Source of the DNA: Candidatus Falkowbacteria bacterium
GTDB lineage: Bacteria; Patescibacteriota; Patescibacteriia; UBA11705; JABHMO01
Length of the DNA: 64,000 bases
NCBI GenBank assembly: GCA_018674305.1
Contig: JABHAL010000004.1
Location: forward strand, 192,446-256,445
Reading direction: 5' to 3'
In this document: one piece after another, positions 17,003-26,510 of the stretch
Layout of the letters: each line of letters begins with the position of its first letter
How positions within the stretch are numbered: the first letter of the stretch is position 1
Translations under genes and position numbers: made by a program
The notes under the pieces: generated by a model
Database searches by the model: none
What the model was told of the DNA's origin: nothing
The model's input: the letters and a program-made list of their open reading frames with translations, nothing else

Positions 17003-18313
17003 CTAATCTCTGTTCACTATTTTAGCCTTTAACATTTCCAGGGTATTTCGGTTTATAATTACATTAGAAAAATATTGTTTAGCATTTTCTGATCGAATTT
17101 CTTTTTCTAGTTGATCAAGCTTATCTGCATAAGCAGGATTAAGTTTATAACTTGCTAAAGTACGTTCAAGCTCTTCGTGAAGGTCTTTTTCGTTAGCTTG
17201 GATATTTTCTTGTTTAGCAATGGCTCTAATCAAAAGTCCAGTTTTAACTCGTTTAATTGCGTCGGGTGTGAAATCAAGTCGTAGATCAGCTTCAGATTTC
17301 TTCATATGTTTTAAGTAATCATCAAAATTCATTCCTTGACGTGCGACATTGTCTTTCATTTCATGAAGCATTTTGTGTGTTTCTTGATCAATTAATACAT
17401 CTGGCAAGTCATCGAATTTACTAGCTGTAATTAATTTTTCTAAAAGCTCTAATTCAACACGTTGTTTTTCTTTGGTTTCTTTTTCTTGTTTTAAATTAGA
17501 TTCAACATTACTTTTTAGACTGGCCAAATCCTTCAATCCCATACTTTTCCCAAATTCATCATCAACCTTCGGCAATTCAACCTTGAAAACTCCAGTGATT
17601 TTAATTTTGAATGTAGCTTCTTTTCCTGCTAGGTTTTGAGCGTGATATTTTTTAGGAAAGTTTAATTTAAATTCTTTTTCTTCATCGGCTTTCATTCCTA
17701 TCAGATTATCTTCAAAGCCTGGAATCATCCGACCTTCACCAATTACTAGTTGATGTTTTTTTGCTTGCCCTCCATCGATTGGAACATTGTCAACAAAGGT
17801 GTCGAAGTTTAATTCAACTTTATCTCCTTTTTCAGTAGTTTTATCTTGTAGAGAATCCTTTGCTCTCATCTTTCTTAAATCTTCCATTACTTTATCGATA
17901 TCTTTTTGTTCAATTTTCACTTCTTTGGATGGCTTTACTTTTATGCTATCGAAATCACAAACTTCAATATTAGGAACAAGGTCTACAGTAGCTTTGTATA
18001 TAAAGGGGTTGCCTGGAGCTAGTTTTTGAACTTCAATTTTTGGTTGATCGACAATTTCTAGCTTTTCTTGATCAAGGGCTTTGTAAATGGTTCCCTCAAC
18101 GGCAAAATTTCCTGCTGTCTGGTAAACAAACATTTCTCCGGCGTTCTGGATAACAATATTAAGAGGAGCTTTGCCGGGGCGAAAACCTTGGATTTTTTTA
18201 TTTTTTGAGATTTCTACAGCAGCTTCTTCTAGATAAGGCTGTAATTCTTCGGTTGATAGTTCAATAATTAGTTCAAGCTGACATTTAGGTAATTCTTTCT
18301 TCTCAATTTTCAT
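17003..18313 (-). CDS. tig: Trigger factor
   Basis: 436 aa; N-terminal ribosome-binding GFRPGKAP signature, PPIase-like middle domain, helical C-terminal domain. Confidence 0.9.
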   Translation of the reverse strand: MKIEKKELPKCQLELIIELSTEELQPYLEEAAVEISKNKKIQGFRPGKAPLNIVIQNAGEMFVYQTAGNFAVEGTIYKALDQEKLEIVDQPKIEVQKLAPGNPFIYKATVDLVPNIEVCDFDSIKVKPSKEVKIEQKDIDKVMEDLRKMRAKDSLQDKTTEKGDKVELNFDTFVDNVPIDGGQAKKHQLVIGEGRMIPGFEDNLIGMKADEEKEFKLNFPKKYHAQNLAGKEATFKIKITGVFKVELPKVDDEFGKSMGLKDLASLKSNVESNLKQEKETKEKQRVELELLEKLITASKFDDLPDVLIDQETHKMLHEMKDNVARQGMNFDDYLKHMKKSEADLRLDFTPDAIKRVKTGLLIRAIAKQENIQANEKDLHEELERTLASYKLNPAYADKLDQLEKEIRSENAKQYFSNVIINRNTLEMLKAKIVNRD

Positions 18314-18320
18314 AGAAGGT

Positions 18321-18386
18321 TACAGATGTACAGATTAGTATACAGATAATACATATTATCAGTATATCAGTACAATCAGTAATCAT
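18321..18386. repeat. Heptamer arrays: TACAGAT x3 followed by ATCAGTA x3
   Basis: tacagatgtacagattagtatacagata ... ttatcagtatatcagtacaatcagtaatca, upstream of tig. Confidence 0.6.
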
Positions 18387-18440
18387 TTATTTACAGTTTG
18401 GATATGATATCATTAAATTAAATATAAATCAACCCCAAAT

Positions 18441-18478
18441 TTGTCAATATTGACAAATTTGTAAAATTGGTATATAAT
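18441..18478 (+). promoter_or_regulatory. Consensus promoter TTGACA-N17-TATAAT overlapping a perfect 16-bp palindrome TTGTCAATATTGACAA
   Basis: ttgaca 18450-18455, tataat 18473-18478. The palindrome probably represents back-to-back -35 boxes for divergent tig and 18511 promoters. Confidence 0.55.
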
Positions 18479-18510
18479 ACGATGTCCATTAAAAACACAA
18501 AGGAGTTGTC

Positions 18511-19002
18511 ATGAGCGAACATAACAGCTATGTACATGAGATCGGTTGTCCGGTTGTATGCCCGAGTTGTAATAAGAAAATGAATATAAGAGTCCGAGTT
18601 AATAGAGATAAAATTCTTTGCACTGGTGTTGTTTGCACAGGGTGTTATGAGGACTTTGAACTCTTGGACGAGACACAGAAGTATATTCTGCGAATGAGCC
18701 GTAAGGCAGAAACTGTAAGAATTAAGCCAAAGCTTGGGCCGGCTGTAGCAGTATCCGAAAACAGAGCCTCTGTTTCTAGAAAGAGGAGTTGGCTGATTAG
18801 TATTTTACTACATATTCCTTTTTTGGTTACAATTGCTGCTGGACTTTGGTTCGCGAGTTCTTTTTCTGGAGAGACTGGGCAGAAAACATTTGGTTTTCGG
18901 GAGATTGGATTGATCTTCATTTTCTGGCTTTCGTTGAAGCAGAGCTTGAAGTTGGTTCAGCGAGATCCGGTACAGCATTCTCCAAAAAAGACAGAAGAAT
19001 AA
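18511..19002 (+). CDS. Zinc-ribbon (2x CxxC) protein with C-terminal two-TM anchor, hypothetical
   Basis: CPVVCPSC...CTGVVCTGC, then two hydrophobic helices; AGGAG RBS. Confidence 0.5.
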   Translation: MSEHNSYVHEIGCPVVCPSCNKKMNIRVRVNRDKILCTGVVCTGCYEDFELLDETQKYILRMSRKAETVRIKPKLGPAVAVSENRASVSRKRSWLISILLHIPFLVTIAAGLWFASSFSGETGQKTFGFREIGLIFIFWLSLKQSLKLVQRDPVQHSPKKTEE

Positions 19003-19102
19003 AACGTATACTCCCTGGTCCAAATTGGATCAGGGAGTTTTTTTATTGACAATTTGTACCCAATAAGGGTAAGTTATAGTTAGTTAATTGACGGAGGTTA
19101 AG

Positions 19103-19645
19103 ATGATAGATAGATCTTTGAAAAAAGTTGACCACCTATTGATATATTTCTGTACTGGGTGTCATCAAAATTCACGCTGTAAAATTCAAATTGATGTGGA
19201 CTGTCTACCAGTAGATGACAAAGTTCAATGCTCACAGTGTGGCTATGAGCAGCCCATCTTACCAGGTGATATTCGTGATCTGAAAGATCAGTTAAGAATA
19301 GTTCGTGTTTTTCGATATCATTGTAATGCTTGCAATCGCACAGTCAAGATCAAGATAGAGTTCAACCAATTGAAAAAATTGAAGTCTAATAATATTCAGT
19401 GTCCACTTTGTCACCATGAAAGGGGTCTTACTGAAAAAGAACAAAGACTATTGGAAAATGTTGCAAGTGTTTCGAATAGGGCGATTTTGTTCGTGCAAAT
19501 ACTTTTTTTCTATATGTTGGTTCAACTTGGAGTAGCCTACATGACTGCGGGCGGATTTTCGTGGCAAATGTGGGTGGCTAAAGTTTTCATTGGGGCTATA
19601 GTAGCGGCGGTGTTGGCCTACGCAATTCTTCCTGTTAAACGATAA
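19103..19645 (+). CDS. Double zinc-ribbon protein with C-terminal two-TM anchor, hypothetical
   Basis: CTGC..CSQC and CNAC..CPLC, then 2 TM; GGAGG 5 nt upstream of the ATG at 19103. Confidence 0.5.
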   Translation: MIDRSLKKVDHLLIYFCTGCHQNSRCKIQIDVDCLPVDDKVQCSQCGYEQPILPGDIRDLKDQLRIVRVFRYHCNACNRTVKIKIEFNQLKKLKSNNIQCPLCHHERGLTEKEQRLLENVASVSNRAILFVQILFFYMLVQLGVAYMTAGGFSWQMWVAKVFIGAIVAAVLAYAILPVKR

Positions 19646-19654
19646 TGCAAATAA

Positions 19655-19689
19655 CCAAAAAGCGAGGAACGCATTCCTCGCTTTTTTAT
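19655..19689. terminator. Bidirectional terminator
   Basis: aaaaagcgaggaacgcattcctcgctttttt. Confidence 0.6.
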
Positions 19690-19712
19690 TGTACTTTTTG
19701 GTAATCTTTTTT

Positions 19713-21722
19713 TTACATCCAGAATTTTGATAGAACGCCAATCATTAGAAGGGCCACAATATTCAAAATTTTAATCATTGGATTAATGGCTGGTCCAGCA
19801 GTGTCCTTGTATGGATCGCCAACAGTATCTCCAGTTACAGCTGCTTTGTGAGCATCAGATCCTTTACCACCGTGATGACCGTCTTCAATATACTTTTTCG
19901 CATTATCCCAAGCTCCACCACCAGTGGTCATAGAAACAGCAACAAATAAACCTGTTACAATACTACCGACTAGTAAACCACCAAGAGCTAATGGCCCAAG
20001 AAATATACCTACAGCAATTGGAACTACAATTGGGATTAAGGCTGGAATAATCATTTGTTTAATAGCAGCTTTAGTTACGATGTCTACACAACGAGCATAA
20101 TCAGGTTTTGCGGTGCCTTCCATAATGCCAGGGATTTGTTTGAACTGTCGGCGGACTTCACTTACAACTTTGCCAGCAGTTTTGCCCACAGCTTGCATTG
20201 ATAAAGCTCCAAATAAATATGGTAAAAGACCACCCAGAAATAGGCCGACTAGAACTTCTGGTGAGCTCAAGCTAAAAATGAATGTTTTCCCAGTTTCTAT
20301 TGATAGAGCATGAGTGTAGTCTGCGAATAAAACCAAGGCAGCTAGGGCAGCTGAGCCGATTGCATAGCCTTTGGTTACAGCTTTGGTTGTATTACCAACT
20401 GCGTCTAGGGGGTCAGTTATATCACGAACTTCTTTTGGCATCTCTGCCATCTCTGCAATCCCGCCAGCATTATCTGTAATCGGGCCATAAGAATCAATAG
20501 CGACAATTATACCACTCATTGAAAGCATGCTCATAGCTGCGATTGCAATACCGTATAGGCCTGCAAAATGAAATGCACCAAGAATGCCCGCACAGATTAT
20601 AATTATCGGCCAACCGGTTGATTTCATTGAAACTGCTAAGCCTGCAATAATATTTGTACCGTGTCCAGTTTTGCTAGCATCAGCAATTTCTTTTACAGGT
20701 TTGTATTTTGTAGAAGTATAATACTCAGTAATGACAATAAGGCCAGCAGTAACTGCTAATCCGATTAATGAAGCGAAAAATAGACTATTGACTGAATATT
20801 CACCATTTCCATCCATTAGCCATTTAGTTGCGGGGTAAAAACCAATAGCTGCTAAAACACCGGCGGCGATTAGGCCTTTGTACAAGGCTCCCATTATATT
20901 TTTCTTGGATTTTAATTTAATAAACCAAGTTCCGATAATTGAAGCAACAATAGAGATACCACCTAAAACTAGTGGATATAAAATAGCATTATCATAACCA
21001 GTGAAAAGTAATGATCCTAAAAACATTGCGGCTACAGCAGTTACAGCGTAAGTTTCAAAAAGGTCAGCTGCCATACCAGCACAGTCACCAACATTGTCAC
21101 CAACATTGTCAGCGATTACAGCTGGGTTTCTTGGGTCGTCTTCTGGAATACCAGCTTCAACTTTACCAACCAAGTCAGCTCCGACATCAGCAGCCTTTGT
21201 AAAAATACCACCACCCAGTCTAGCAAAAATTGAAATTAAACTTCCACCAAAGCCCAAGCCAAGTAGAGCATGAACATCTTTGGTTATAGCATAATAGCCA
21301 GCTACACCGAACAAACCAAGTCCAACAACAAGCAGACCAGTTACCGTTCCTCCCTGGACAGCAACATTCATAGCTTTGCTAATACCGTCTCTAGCAGCCT
21401 CAGCAGTTCTTACATTAGATCGAACTGAAATGTTCATACCTATGTAACCAGCTAGTCCTGATAAAACAGCACCTACCAAAAAGCCAACGGCGGTTTTCCA
21501 GTCGAGGAAGATTAAAAGTAAAATAAAAACAATCACTCCGATAATAGCAATTGTTTTGTATTGACGATTCAAATAAGCTTTAGCTCCTTGTTGAATCGCT
21601 TTGGCAATTTCTTGCATTTTGTCATTGCCAGCGCCTTTTTTAAGAATTACTCTAATCAACACAACTCCGTAAAGAATTGCAATGATTGAAGTAACCAAGG
21701 CGAAAATAATTGGTAGATTCAT
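19713..21722 (-). CDS. hppA: Membrane-bound proton/sodium-translocating pyrophosphatase
   Basis: 669 aa; ~15 TM; GADLVGKVE...[21 protein letters not shown] signature. Confidence 0.9.
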   Translation of the reverse strand: MNLPIIFALVTSIIAILYGVVLIRVILKKGAGNDKMQEIAKAIQQGAKAYLNRQYKTIAIIGVIVFILLLIFLDWKTAVGFLVGAVLSGLAGYIGMNISVRSNVRTAEAARDGISKAMNVAVQGGTVTGLLVVGLGLFGVAGYYAITKDVHALLGLGFGGSLISIFARLGGGIFTKAADVGADLVGKVEAGIPEDDPRNPAVIADNVGDNVGDCAGMAADLFETYAVTAVAAMFLGSLLFTGYDNAILYPLVLGGISIVASIIGTWFIKLKSKKNIMGALYKGLIAAGVLAAIGFYPATKWLMDGNGEYSVNSLFFASLIGLAVTAGLIVITEYYTSTKYKPVKEIADASKTGHGTNIIAGLAVSMKSTGWPIIIICAGILGAFHFAGLYGIAIAAMSMLSMSGIIVAIDSYGPITDNAGGIAEMAEMPKEVRDITDPLDAVGNTTKAVTKGYAIGSAALAALVLFADYTHALSIETGKTFIFSLSSPEVLVGLFLGGLLPYLFGALSMQAVGKTAGKVVSEVRRQFKQIPGIMEGTAKPDYARCVDIVTKAAIKQMIIPALIPIVVPIAVGIFLGPLALGGLLVGSIVTGLFVAVSMTTGGGAWDNAKKYIEDGHHGGKGSDAHKAAVTGDTVGDPYKDTAGPAINPMIKILNIVALLMIGVLSKFWM

Positions 21723-21818
21723 AAAAGTGGTACTAGCGAGACTAGCGAGACTAGCAAGACCAGTTAGTTGTGTTGAATCTCTGGACTTGTCTTGCTTGTT
21801 TTACTTGTCTTGCTTCTT
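21723..21818. repeat. GCGAGAC / GTCTTGCTT repeat element with internal inverted symmetry
   Basis: actagcgagactagcgagactagcaagaccag ... cttgtcttgcttgttttacttgtcttgcttc. Related copy at 58801-58868, partial match inside CDS at 38170-38215. Confidence 0.55.
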
Positions 21819-22079
21819 TTATTTGTTTTTAAGTTTTGCCATTTTATCTTTGTCCTTTTGTTCTTGCTTCTTGCGTTTAGCGTCACGTTTTATTTTTACA
21901 TCGGCCTTGTTACGTAAAACTTGCTTACCTTTATAGTGGCCACAGGCAGGACAAGCTCGATGAGCTTTTATTGGAGCTTTACATTCCGGACAAAGTGCAG
22001 GTTGGGCAACTTTAAGAGCGTCATGGGATCTGCCCATGCGAGTTTTGGAATGAGTTTTTCTGTGTTTTGGTACTGACAT
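21819..22079 (-). CDS. rpmF: 50S ribosomal protein L32 with K-rich C-terminal extension
   Basis: MSVPKHRKTHSKTRMGRSH...CPECKAPIKAHRACPACGHY. Confidence 0.85.
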   Translation of the reverse strand: MSVPKHRKTHSKTRMGRSHDALKVAQPALCPECKAPIKAHRACPACGHYKGKQVLRNKADVKIKRDAKRKKQEQKDKDKMAKLKNK

Positions 22080-22219
22080 AAAATTAGTTAAAAGTTATAA
22101 TGTTAAAAGTTTAGAGTCAATGTGTAGAAATAGTAGCTTATTTTGGAAAATAAATCAAGTCCTGTGTTTAAAATTAAAAAGCAGAATTTGATATTGAACA
22201 AATTCCGCTTTTGTGGTAT

Positions 22220-22747
22220 TCAACGTTGAGGAAAATTATTTTTGAGGTAGTTTTTCCAATCCTTGGAAAATTTGATAAAAAGCGCCGTGCATACGACAAA
22301 GGTGAGCTCAAGTGTTAATCCCGGAAGGAAAAGAGCGGGGTCATGATCAAAGGCGTTGTAAGCCATGATCCAGACTGGGATATTGAGGATTGATAAAACG
22401 AGGAAGACAATTGCCCAGCGGTTGTTTTTTTTAATAGCAGCCCTTGCTCCAGTTTCACAAAACTCATTTATTCCTTGTGAATGAATTAGTACTGCTTCTT
22501 CTAGTGAAGTAGTTTGTCTTTGTTCAATCACGAAACTCTCCCTTTGTTGACTAGTGACATTTGTTTTACCTTGACTTTCTATATCAGGTACATCGGGATT
22601 TAGCATCTTCTGGCAATTATCTACAAACTGTTTCATTGATCTGTCGTTGAACTCTCTATACCTTTGGCTTTGTGTCTTTCCACTTTTCATGAACTCCTCC
22701 ATTCGTTGACTATGGATGATTATAGCATGACAAGATGGCATTGTCAA
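22220..22747 (-). CDS. Hypothetical protein with C-terminal TM helices
   Basis: 175 aa; no recognisable domain. Confidence 0.45.
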   Translation of the reverse strand: MTMPSCHAIIIHSQRMEEFMKSGKTQSQRYREFNDRSMKQFVDNCQKMLNPDVPDIESQGKTNVTSQQRESFVIEQRQTTSLEEAVLIHSQGINEFCETGARAAIKKNNRWAIVFLVLSILNIPVWIMAYNAFDHDPALFLPGLTLELTFVVCTALFIKFSKDWKNYLKNNFPQR

Positions 22748-22775
22748 TAATGTGGGGTATTTGCTTTTTTACTGC

Positions 22776-22804
22776 TTGACCTCTTGGTATTAATTTGCTA
22801 TTAT
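22776..22804 (+). promoter_or_regulatory. Promoter TTGACC-N17-TATTAT for tRNA-Glu
   Basis: ttgacc 22776-22781; tattat 22799-22804; spacer ends in tttgc (TRTG-like -16 element). Confidence 0.5.
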
Positions 22805-22878
22805 TTAGGCACAATTATTTCAATTATTTTGCTAGGCGATGGGGTTTACCTTGAACCTGAGCAGAGTGAATGGTTCGG

Positions 22879-22953
22879 GGCCCCATCGTCTAACGGTTAG
22901 GACATCAGGTTTTCATCCTGAAAATCGGGGTTCGATTCCCCGTGGGGTCACCA
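22879..22953 (+). tRNA. tRNA-Glu (anticodon TTC), CCA encoded
   Basis: GGCCCCATCGTCTAACGGTTAGGACATCAGGTTTTCATCCTGAAAATCGGGGTTCGATTCCCCGTGGGGTCACCA. Confidence 0.9.
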
Positions 22954-23170
22954 AAAAACGAATATCGAAAGATAATCGTTTTTTGATTGCTAAATATTCT
23001 TGTAACTTGGGGAATCGAACTAGGGATGGTAAGGGAAGGCTTCCCTTACTTTATGGGGGAGATGGAGGGGCAGAAGCCTTTCCAAGAGCACACGAAGAGG
23101 CGAGTGAGATTCCCCGCCCGCCTGCAACGCTATGCGTAGCATTGCGGACAGGTGGGGTCACCAAAAAAGA
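22954..23170 (+). other. Unassigned structured non-coding segment ending in a 17-bp direct repeat of the tRNA-Glu 3' end
   Basis: gtggggtcaccaaaaaa occurs at 22943-22959 and again at 23152-23168; the interval has hairpins (gtaagggaagg/cttcccttac, tgcaacgc/gcgtagca) and a T-loop-like gagattcccc. Confidence 0.3.
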
Positions 23171-23237
23171 ATCTAGAGGTAGGTTCTTTTTTGTTTATTG
23201 AAGAATTATAACATATAATGTATAGTGAACTATAAAT

Positions 23238-24320
23238 ATGAAGATTCTTGCCATTGAAACAAGCTGTGATGAAACTGCGGCTTCTGTTGTTGAGGTAAAC
23301 AGAGGTAATTTTAATGTACTCTCAAATGTAGTTTCTTCTCAAGAAAAAGTTCACGCCAAATATGGCGGAATTGTACCAGAAGTAGCTGCCCGTCTACATG
23401 TTGAAAAAATATTACCAATAGTTGATTTGGCTATTAAAAAGGCCAAGGTCACTTGGCCGAAAATTGATTACATCGCGGTGACTGCTGGACCGGGCTTAAT
23501 TAGTTCTTTAATGGTTGGAGTGGAGACCGCCAAAACTTTGGCTTATGCCCACAATAAACCCTTAGTTAAAGTTAATCATATCGAAGGCCACCTTTTGTCG
23601 ATTTTAGGGGCAAGAAAGAAAGAAAGCAAAAAAGAAAAAAAACAGCACAGTCGTCAACTCAATAAACCCAATCAACTAAAGTTTCCTGCGGTTGGCTTAG
23701 TTGTTTCCGGTGGACATACTCAAATTATTTTAGTTGAAGATTATTTAAAATATAAATTAATAGGGGAGACTCGAGACGATGCAGCTGGTGAAGCGTTTGA
23801 TAAGGTAGCAAAAATTTTAGGCCTTGGTTATCCAGGTGGACCGGCAATCTCTGCTATGGCAGAGAAGGGGCAAGGGGCAAAGGTTAAAGAGCAAGGAATA
23901 AAACTGCCAAGGCCAATGTTAGATTCCCCAAACTTTGATATGAGTTTTTCAGGATTAAAAACTGCGGTTTTGTATGCTTGGCGTGATTTAAAAGACAAAT
24001 CTGCTAATTCTAGAGCTGAAGTTGCCAAAGAATTCCAGGATGCAGTAGTTGAAGTTTTAGTAACTAAGACATTAAAAGCTGCCAAGAAGTATAATGCTAA
24101 AATGGTTATTCTCGGTGGCGGCGTAAGTGCTAATTCTGCGCTTCGCGAAACTTTGTCTTACGCCGCCACAAAACAGAACTTAAGTTTACTGATTCCAGAG
24201 CTAAAATTAACCGGAGATAATGCTGTTATGATTGGAATGGCAGCTTATTATCATATTCAAAATAAGGATTTTGTGGAACCGTTCAATTTAAGAGCAGATC
24301 CACAGTGGGAGTTAGTCTAA
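23238..24320 (+). CDS. tsaD: tRNA N6-adenosine threonylcarbamoyltransferase
   Basis: MKILAIETSCDETAASVV...; Kae1/TsaD fold with a K-rich insertion. Confidence 0.9.
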   Translation: MKILAIETSCDETAASVVEVNRGNFNVLSNVVSSQEKVHAKYGGIVPEVAARLHVEKILPIVDLAIKKAKVTWPKIDYIAVTAGPGLISSLMVGVETAKTLAYAHNKPLVKVNHIEGHLLSILGARKKESKKEKKQHSRQLNKPNQLKFPAVGLVVSGGHTQIILVEDYLKYKLIGETRDDAAGEAFDKVAKILGLGYPGGPAISAMAEKGQGAKVKEQGIKLPRPMLDSPNFDMSFSGLKTAVLYAWRDLKDKSANSRAEVAKEFQDAVVEVLVTKTLKAAKKYNAKMVILGGGVSANSALRETLSYAATKQNLSLLIPELKLTGDNAVMIGMAAYYHIQNKDFVEPFNLRADPQWELV

Positions 24321-24423
24321 TACGAATATACCTTATGCGAATGATGCAAATATGCGAATATAATTTTTGATGACTATTCGCGGCATTCGTGTATTAGCAT
24401 CATTCTCATTTAAGTTTATTCGT

Positions 24424-24852
24424 ATGCTTACTAATTCAGACAAAGAAACAATTAAACTCGGAAAAGATTTCGCTAAAAAATTAAAAGGTGGGGAAGTGGT
24501 GCTTTTGATTGGCGATCTGGGAGCGGGCAAAACTACATTTGTGAAAGGTGTAGCTCAAGGGCTTGGTATTAAAAAACATATCACCAGTCCAACATTTGTT
24601 TTATTAAAAGTTTATAAAGTCAAAAGCCTAAAGTTAAAAGTTAAAGAATTGATTCATATCGATACATATAGAGGCCTTGATTTGGAAGGTTTAGAAAATA
24701 TTGGAGCGGTTGAATATTTTGGTCGAAAAGACATCGTGTGTTTTGTGGAGTGGGGAGCTGGTTTGGAAAAATTTCTTAAAAAAGGTAAAATAAAGGTATA
24801 TAAAGTTAAAATTAAAAATCTTGATACATATAAAAGACAAATAAACATTTAA
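24424..24852 (+). CDS. tsaE: tRNA threonylcarbamoyladenosine biosynthesis ATPase TsaE
   Basis: P-loop GDLGAGKTTF and SPTFVLLKVY motifs. Start at the internal Met; upstream is a promoter-like tatgcgaat repeat with TATAAT. Confidence 0.8.
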   Translation: MLTNSDKETIKLGKDFAKKLKGGEVVLLIGDLGAGKTTFVKGVAQGLGIKKHITSPTFVLLKVYKVKSLKLKVKELIHIDTYRGLDLEGLENIGAVEYFGRKDIVCFVEWGAGLEKFLKKGKIKVYKVKIKNLDTYKRQINI

Positions 24853-24855
24853 TCT

Positions 24856-26211
24856 ATGGACGTAAACCTCGATAAAATTATTTATCCTAAAGCAAGTGAA
24901 GATTCTAAGGCCAGGGAATTGATTAACTCACCCGAAGAGCTGGAAATTCTAGATGCCCGTTTGGAATTGGCTATAGCATCGCATTGTGAGAAAATTAACG
25001 AAGGGAATAATGGGGTTATTTTTAAATTGAACATAGAAGAGGACGTAAGTGAAGAATTAGAAGCCTTGGTTGCTTATATTGATGAGAGTAGAACAGGGGA
25101 AGGTGAACCAGAAAATGTAGTAAAAATTCTTAAATTGTATAAGCCGGGATCTGGAAGGCGGGAATTTGAGATGCAAAGAAAAGCTTATGAACTTGTTCGT
25201 GATAAGGGAGGTGAAGATTGTGCCCAAATACCAGAACCTGTTTTGTTTAGGGATTTAGAAGTTAAGAATTCAAGAACAAAAGAATTTTTATCCTCAAGAG
25301 GGATTAAAGCTCAGGAGCACATAGAGGTTATTATTATGGATATGGTTCCTGGTGTTGATTTGGCCACTCATTTTTATCGCGAGGTTTTAAGAGGAAATAA
25401 AGGTGCAATTCATTTACATAACGATTTGGATGAAATGGATTTTGCGTCATTGCATCGCGAGGTTTCACAGATATTAAAATTTGAAATTGCTGGAGGCAAG
25501 TCTAGGGATGAAGGAGAAAAAGAATTCGAGAGACGAATGGTGCAAGCCGGTAATGCTAAAAAAATATTTGATACGTTGAAACGGCAAGGATATGTTTTGG
25601 ACCGTAGTATTTTGGATAGAATTGAGAAAACAATTGATATGTTTCATGATAATGGCTTAGCCTTTCGAGATGGGCATCACCGGAATTTTATGTTTAGTGG
25701 AGAAGGTGATGATTTGGAAGTTTTCGTTATTGACTTTGGTAGTTCAACAACCTTTGAAGGTAATTTGACTCGAGATGTATATATTGAGGGGGATAAAGAG
25801 TATCCACATGACAAATCGATAATCGAAAGTTTACGTTCATTAACTAAAACTCGAGAAGAATTAGCTGCTGAAGAATTACATGACGTAGAAACTGATCTAA
25901 AAGGTTTACGGCGGTTGCTCTCGAGGAGAGAAGAAGTGTGGCAACAAACGATAAGTGAATTAGGGGAAGAAGGTTTAAAAATGGAGCAGCTTTATAATTT
26001 ATTGGGAATTAGTCCATTATTGAAAGGTCAAAGCCTAGAGATAAAAAATAAAGCTTTAGTAGCTTTATTGATTGACTTTGTTCAGTCTGGACAATATACT
26101 AGAGAAGAAGTAAAGCAGGAATTAACGAAATTTATTGAAGAAAGTTCAGACTCGGGGCAACTGCCTGTTAGTCAAATAAATCAGTTAGTTCAATTTTTGA
26201 AAATCCTATAA
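24856..26211 (+). CDS. Protein kinase-like fold protein (atypical; RIO/Bud32/Kdo-kinase-like catalytic core)
   Basis: G-loop-like GNNGVIFK, VVKILK lysine, catalytic-loop FRDGHHRN (HRDxxxxN pattern), VIDFG; 4 nt after tsaE. Confidence 0.5.
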   Translation: MDVNLDKIIYPKASEDSKARELINSPEELEILDARLELAIASHCEKINEGNNGVIFKLNIEEDVSEELEALVAYIDESRTGEGEPENVVKILKLYKPGSGRREFEMQRKAYELVRDKGGEDCAQIPEPVLFRDLEVKNSRTKEFLSSRGIKAQEHIEVIIMDMVPGVDLATHFYREVLRGNKGAIHLHNDLDEMDFASLHREVSQILKFEIAGGKSRDEGEKEFERRMVQAGNAKKIFDTLKRQGYVLDRSILDRIEKTIDMFHDNGLAFRDGHHRNFMFSGEGDDLEVFVIDFGSSTTFEGNLTRDVYIEGDKEYPHDKSIIESLRSLTKTREELAAEELHDVETDLKGLRRLLSRREEVWQQTISELGEEGLKMEQLYNLLGISPLLKGQSLEIKNKALVALLIDFVQSGQYTREEVKQELTKFIEESSDSGQLPVSQINQLVQFLKIL

Positions 26212-26256
26212 CTGCAGTAAAATAAAAAAGAGGATCACTAGTTGTGGTGGTCCTCT

Positions 26257-26433
26257 TTAGATTAGAAAATGTTTGACATTGTAGATAGAAATTTTTCCGG
26301 TTGTAAAGGTTACTTTGACTTTGTTACCTCCTTCAATAAGTTCAAATTTCTCTACCAAATCACGTGCTAAAACTGTTTGCTTTGCAATTTGTAGTTTCCT
26401 TTTTTCTTCTTGGTCAAAAGTTCTTTTTTTCAT
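26257..26433 (-). CDS. Possible small protein (58 aa), not in ORF track
   Basis: MKKRTFDQEEKRKLQIAKQTVLARDLVEKFELIEGGNKVKVTFTTGKISIYNVKHFLI; AGGAG 6 nt upstream; TTGACA-containing promoter further upstream. Confidence 0.3.
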   Translation of the reverse strand: MKKRTFDQEEKRKLQIAKQTVLARDLVEKFELIEGGNKVKVTFTTGKISIYNVKHFLI

Positions 26434-26510
26434 AGTTGCTCCTAATTAAAACAGCAAGTCATTATTTTACTGACTTGCTACTTTATATCATATAATAAAA
26501 TTTGTCAAGT

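Noticed and set aside
21682-21936. 84-aa plus-strand ORF
   Set aside because: Spans the GTCTTGCTT repeat and the antisense of rpmF; a repeat-driven poly-Leu/Ser/Cys artefact.
22839-23201. 120-aa ORF on the plus strand
   Set aside because: Reads straight through tRNA-Glu and the downstream structured region; the product is an artefact of translating RNA-gene sequence.
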